DNA from: Macrostomum lignano | Lineage: Eukaryota | Direction: 5' to 3' | Assembly (NCBI GenBank): GCA_002269645.1 | Contig: NIVC01000264.1 | Span: forward strand, 310,001 to 374,000 | DNA: 64,000 nt | In this document: piece by piece, positions 59,736 to 64,000 of the stretch | How positions within the stretch are numbered: the first letter of the stretch is position 1 | How the letters are laid out: every line of letters begins with the position of its first letter | Position numbers and translations under genes: made by a program | The notes under the pieces: model-generated | The model's database searches: none | Seen by the model: the letters and a program-made list of their open reading frames with translations, nothing else | Told to the model about the DNA's origin: nothing

Positions 59736-60129
59736 TAGTAAAAGTACCTCTCCTGCACGCACAGGCAAAGCCTGTTTAGCCAGACCCCCCGCTCTCCCAC
59801 AAGGCGAGACTCTGTGGACAGAGCAAAGCAAACACCGCAGCGCAACTGCAAAAAGTTCAGCCAGCCCGACTCGCGCAGATTCGATTTTGAATTCAGTAAA
59901 AAATAGTGTTGAATAAAATCCGACATAACTCTCCTAAAGCACATGAGCTGTAATTGAATTTGCCACATTGCAGGTCCCAAGGTCAAGCAGGCATAACTAC
60001 TCTCGTATTTTTCTGGCTTCAGTTTTGTATTAAATTTTATATGGATGCTTTTTTAGCAATCTGCTCCATCTGCTCATTTTTTCTACCCCCTCTCTCTCCC
60101 TCCCACTTCCTCTCCCCTCAGTTCCCCCT

Positions 60130-60196
60130 TAAACCCCTCCCCGCCTAACAATGCCCCGCCTGATATCCTAGCAACAGGTGTTGAGTCCCTGGCAAC
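60130..60196 (+). promoter_or_regulatory. Putative promoter with two RFX X-box half-sites and GC boxes
   Basis: CCTAGCAAC (60167-60175) and CCCTGGCAAC (60187-60196) lie next to CCCCGCC boxes, about 150 nt upstream of ATG 60336. Confidence 0.45.
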
Positions 60197-60335
60197 GCCA
60201 GCCCTGAGGCAGAGGATTTAGATATCTATATCTGCATCGCTTAACACAAGCGCAGCATCTGCTCAGAGCCACATTCCGGCAGTGTCGCAGCTGCAGCCTG
60301 AAACCCAGGAAGCTGAGCTATTGATCTCCTTAGTG

Positions 60336-62303
60336 ATGGAGCCGCCGTTTGGGAGATTCCCGCCAGCCTCTGGCTCCGGGCCTTCACGCAACAGGGCCTA
60401 CACTACACTGGGTGAGCGACTCACTTCTGCGGCTGAGAGCTTCTCAGCCTGGCTCTGCCTGCATCCCAACCTTCATCTCCCTGCATCCCAATCTCCAACT
60501 CCCTGCATCCCAATCTCCAACTCCCTGCATCCCAATCTTCAACTCCCTGCATCCCAATCTCCAACTCCCTGCATCCCAATCTCCAACTCCCTGCATCCCA
60601 ATCTTCAACTCCCTGCATCCCAATCTTCATCTCCCTGCATCCCAATCTCCAACTCCCTGCATCCCAATCTCCAACTCCCTGCATCCCAATCTCCAACTCC
60701 CTGCATCCCAATCTCCAACTCCCTGCATCCCAATCTTCAACTCCCTGCATCCCAATCTTCATCTCCCTGCATCCCAATCTCCACTCCCTGCATCCCAATC
60801 TCCAACTCCCTGCATCCCAATCTTCAACTCCCTGCATCCCAATCTCCAACTCCCTGCATCCCAATCTCCAACTCCCTGCATCCCAATCTTCAACTCCCTG
60901 CATCCCAATCTTCATCTCCCTGCATCCTAGTCTTCAACTCCCTGCATCCCAATCTTCATCTCCCTGCATCCCAATCTCCACTCCCTGCATCCCAATCTCC
61001 AACTCCCTGCATCCCAATCTTCAACTCCCTGCATCCCAATCTCCAACTCCCTGCATCCCAATCTCCAACTCCCTGCATCCCAATCTCCAACTCCCTGCAT
61101 CCCAATCTTTATCTCCCTGCATCCCAATCTCCAACTCCCTGTTTCCTCTGTGTTTCCATGCCAAGAATTGATGACGGAGCCGAGCTTTCCTCTGTTCCAG
61201 ACGATGTCAAAGCTTTCGAAGCGCGGGTCAAACTGGCAACACAACAACAGTATGAGTCTTGCGAACCAAAGCAGACGGCTGTGGCTGACACTAAAGAAGA
61301 AGAATCCAAAGCAGAAGTCAATAATTCGAATCTGGAAACTTCAGACACTAAGAAAGTAACTAAGAAAGACGAGAAGCTGTACAAAGCTTCATCTGTGGCC
61401 CCGGCAACCAGCCCAGCGCCGAAGCGATGCCAAAGCGGAGTCGATGGCGCCAAGAACCGATCTTCTGAGTCCGGGGTCCCGCCGTCCCCCAGCAGCTGCT
61501 GCAGGCCCAAGACCGCCCCGGCCCGACTGTCTGCCGCCCGAGTCGCTTCCGGCAGCGCTGCGACCGGGAACTCCTACAATGAGGCTCTCGAAGTGCACGG
61601 CTGGAAGATGGAGATTCACGGCGATCCGCTCGGACTGAAGTGAGTTACGGTTGTGAGTGAGTGAGTGAGTGAGTGAGTGAGTGAGTGAGTGAGTGAGTGA
61701 GTGAGTGAGTGAGTGAGTGAGAGAGTGAGCGAGTGAGTGAGTGAGTGAGTGAGTGAGTGAGTGAGCGAGTGAGTGAGTGAGTGAGTGAGTAAGTGAGTGA
61801 GTGAGTGAGTGAGTGAGTGAGTGAGTGAGTGAGTGAGTGGTGAGTGAGTGAGTGAGTGAGTGAGTGAGTGAGTGAGTGAGTGAGTGAGTGAGTGAGTGAG
61901 TGAGTGAGTGAGTGAGTGAGCGATTGAGTGAGTGAGTGAGTGAGTGAGTGAATGAGTGAGCGAGTGAGTGAATGAGTGAGTGAGTGAGTGAGTCAGTAAG
62001 TCAGTCATTCGGTCAGTCAGTCAGTCAGTCAGTCAGGGCAACCCCAACCACCGCAGGTGGCCGCACCTGCCCCAGCTGAGGCTGATAAACATTACCATCC
62101 CGGAACCGGAAGTGAGGCCGCCGCCGCCGCGGATTTCCAGGCAGAACTGCAGCTCATTTTTCCACGCCACAGTGCCAGCAGCTCAGCTGAGCTTCGACAT
62201 TCACCCCAGGTTCGCCTCGGAAAAATTCAACAGATCGCGGGCAGCGCTGATGCGGCAGGGCAGGTGGGGCTTCGCCCACCGCGACTTCGCCTTCATTTAT
62301 TGA
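60336..62303 (+). CDS. Uncharacterised protein, about 253 aa, three exons (possibly cilia-related)
   Basis: Exons 60336-60411 (GTGAGC), 61201-61639 (acceptor CTTTCCTCTGTTCCAG, donor GTGAGT) and 62057-62303 (acceptor CCGCAG) are phase-consistent: MEPPFG...YTTLDDVKAFEARV...RPKTAP...EALEVHGWKMEIHGDPLGLKWPHLP...FDIHPRFASE...FAFIY*. AATAAA at about 62453. The first exon is less certain. Confidence 0.7.
60460..61140. repeat. 22-bp minisatellite (CTCCCTGCATCCCAATCTCCAA) in intron 1 of the 60.3-kb gene
   Basis: About 30 units. Confidence 0.95.
61654..62036. repeat. (GAGT)n then (CAGT)n microsatellite filling intron 2 of the 60.3-kb gene
   Basis: About 85 GAGT units, each creating an overlapping GTGAGT. 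Confidence 0.97.
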
Positions 62304-62539
62304 ACCGAAATATTCTCACATTTCCTTCGAGTTGTCAATGCAACTAATGGTGGCAATGTACTTTAAGGAGTTTTCCTTAAAAACCGTTATTTCCACGTGT
62401 ACATTGTTGACTTTCTCAATAAGTACATGAAAAATGTACGCGATTTTTACTAATAAATGAGGACTTAAGATCCAAGTAATCTTTGACTTGTGCACCAAAT
62501 CCAATTCTTGGAAATGCTTTTTCAAGCCTGGAAATAAAA

Positions 62540-63450
62540 TCTACAGAGAGTTGGGCGCCAGCTACAGAGGGGTTGGGCCCCAGCTACAGAGGGGTTGGGC
62601 GTCAGCTACAGAGGGGTTGGGCCCCAGCTACAGAGGGGTTGGGCCAGCTACAGAGGGGTTGGGCCCCAGCTACAGAGGGGTTGGGCGCCAGCTACAGAGG
62701 GGTTGGGCCCCAGCTACAGAGGGGTTGGGCGTCAGCTACAGAGGGGTTGGGCCCCAGCTACAGAGGGTTGGGCCCCAGCTACAGAGGGGTTGGGCCCCAG
62801 CTACAGAGGGGTTGGGCCCCAGCTACAGAGGGGTTGGGCCCCAGCTACAGAGAGTTGGGCGCCAGCTACAGAGGGGTTGGGCCCCAGCTACAGAGGGGTT
62901 GGGCGTCAGCTACAGAGGGGTTGGGCCCCAGCTACAGAGGGGTTGGGCCCCAGCTACAGAGGGGCTGGGCGCCAGCTACAGAGGGGTTGGGCCCCAGCTA
63001 CAGAGGGGTTGGGCGTCAGCTACAGAGGGTTGGGCCCAGCTACAGAGGGGTTGGGCCCCAGCTACAGAGGGGTGGGGCGCCAGCTACACAGGGGGTGGGG
63101 CGTCAGCTACACAGGGGGTGGGGCGTCAGCTACACAGGGGGTGGGGCCCCAGCTACAGAGGGGTGGGGCGCCAGCTACAGAGGGGTGGGGCACCAGCCAC
63201 AGAGGGGTGGGGCGCCAGCTACATAGAGGTTGGGCGCCAGCTACATAGAGGTTGGGCGCCAGCTACATAGAGGTGGGGCACCAGCCACAGAGGGGTGGGG
63301 CGCCAGCTACATAGAGGTTGGGCGCCAGCTACATAGAGGTTGGGCGCCAGCTACAGAGGGGTGGGGCGCCAGCTACACAGTGGTGGAGCGCCAGCTACAC
63401 AGTGGTGGAGCGCCAGCTACACAGTGGTGGAGCGCCAGCTACAGAAGGGT
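62540..63450. repeat. 22-23 bp minisatellite (CCAGCTACAGAGGGGTTGGGCC)
   Basis: About 40 units drifting in sequence from left to right. Confidence 0.95.
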
Positions 63451-63486
63451 TGGATACTCTTAGATACTCTTAGCTTCTCTTAGATA

Positions 63487-63777
63487 ATAATAATAATAAT
63501 TGATTACACCTGTCCCAATCGGGCCAGATGTGCAACCGACAGCTCAGCCGCAGCTATTGCGCGGCGCATCTGAAGGCTGCGTACGGCTGTTCAGTCCAAG
63601 GACTGGGCGGACGCCACACCCACCTTCAATTACCCCAGCTAATGCTGGCACCCATTTTACAGCTGGGTGAACTGAAGCAATGCAGATTTAAGTGTCTTGC
63701 TCAAGGACACAAATTGTATCAGTGGAGTTGGGCATCGAACCCCGACTTTGACGCTCTAACCACTAGGCTACAACCCC
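63487..63777 (-). mobile_element. tRNA-derived SINE, full length (about 290 bp)
   Basis: Minus strand shows A box TAGCCTAGTGG, B box GGTTCGATGCC, a central GTGTCCTTGAGCAAGACACTT...TCAGTTCACCCAGCTGTAAAATGGG domain and an (ATT)n tail. Flanks CTCTTAGATA / CTCTTTGATA resemble a TSD. Confidence 0.85.
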
Positions 63778-63839
63778 CTCTTTGATACTCTTAGATAGTG
63801 GATTTGCTGGATTTGCATATTTACTCAGTATCTGTTACT

Positions 63840-63958
63840 TTGTCTCGGATTTTTGACTGAAGGTCGGGGGTTCGAATCTCAGCCCAGGGAAGACTATTTG
63901 TGTCCTTGAGCAAGACAATTAATTCCCCAGTGCTTCAGTTCACCCGCCTGTAAAATTA
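63840..63958 (+). mobile_element. Truncated SINE of the same family
   Basis: B box GGTTCGAATC followed by GTGTCCTTGAGCAAGACA...TGCTTCAGTTCACCCGCCTGTAAAAT; no A box or tail. Confidence 0.75.
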
Positions 63959-64000
63959 TAAAGCAAAAACTATAAAGATCAGCACTTTGATGAAGATCAG

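Noticed and set aside
59735-59986. Possible exon between the 18-bp array and the 60.3-kb gene
   Set aside because: Splice-like sites exist on both strands, but no frame connects consistently to a neighbouring gene and there is no recognisable motif.
60282-61643. Single 453-aa ORF
   Set aside because: The middle is a 22-bp intronic array bounded by strong donor and acceptor sites; the spliced three-exon model is more coherent.

Overview
Eukaryotic (animal) genomic DNA with GC-rich exons separated by AT-rich DNA and about 40 different micro/minisatellite arrays. The style is reminiscent of the flatworm Macrostomum, but this is an inference and is not provable here. By hand-splicing GT-AG exons and checking phases I reconstruct nine genes: the 5' end of a class A GPCR (-, runs off the left edge); an intronless sigma-type GST (+); a 90-aa secreted peptide-precursor candidate (-); an NR1-type nuclear receptor (-); AMP deaminase (-); a divergent Tudor-SN/SND1-like gene (-); a calmodulin-like gene (+); and two uncharacterised genes (+), one with RFX X-box-like sites. 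Mobile DNA comprises a solo LTR inserted in a 44-bp satellite, two tRNA-derived SINEs and decayed MITE-like relics. Most long ORFs in the supplied track are artefacts of stop-free repeats. The most striking pattern is that most introns are filled by locus-specific tandem arrays, and several arrays are amplified copies of the intron's own splice signals: a 51-bp unit containing the donor, a 57-bp unit ending in the acceptor, a (GAGT)n intron and an (ACT)n intron. Other leads are a sharply bounded 2.7-kb CpG desert in the Tudor-SN gene, a receptor whose second zinc finger lacks a Cys, and tandem acceptors that could switch its AF-2 helix on or off. All gene models are unvalidated and need RNA-seq.
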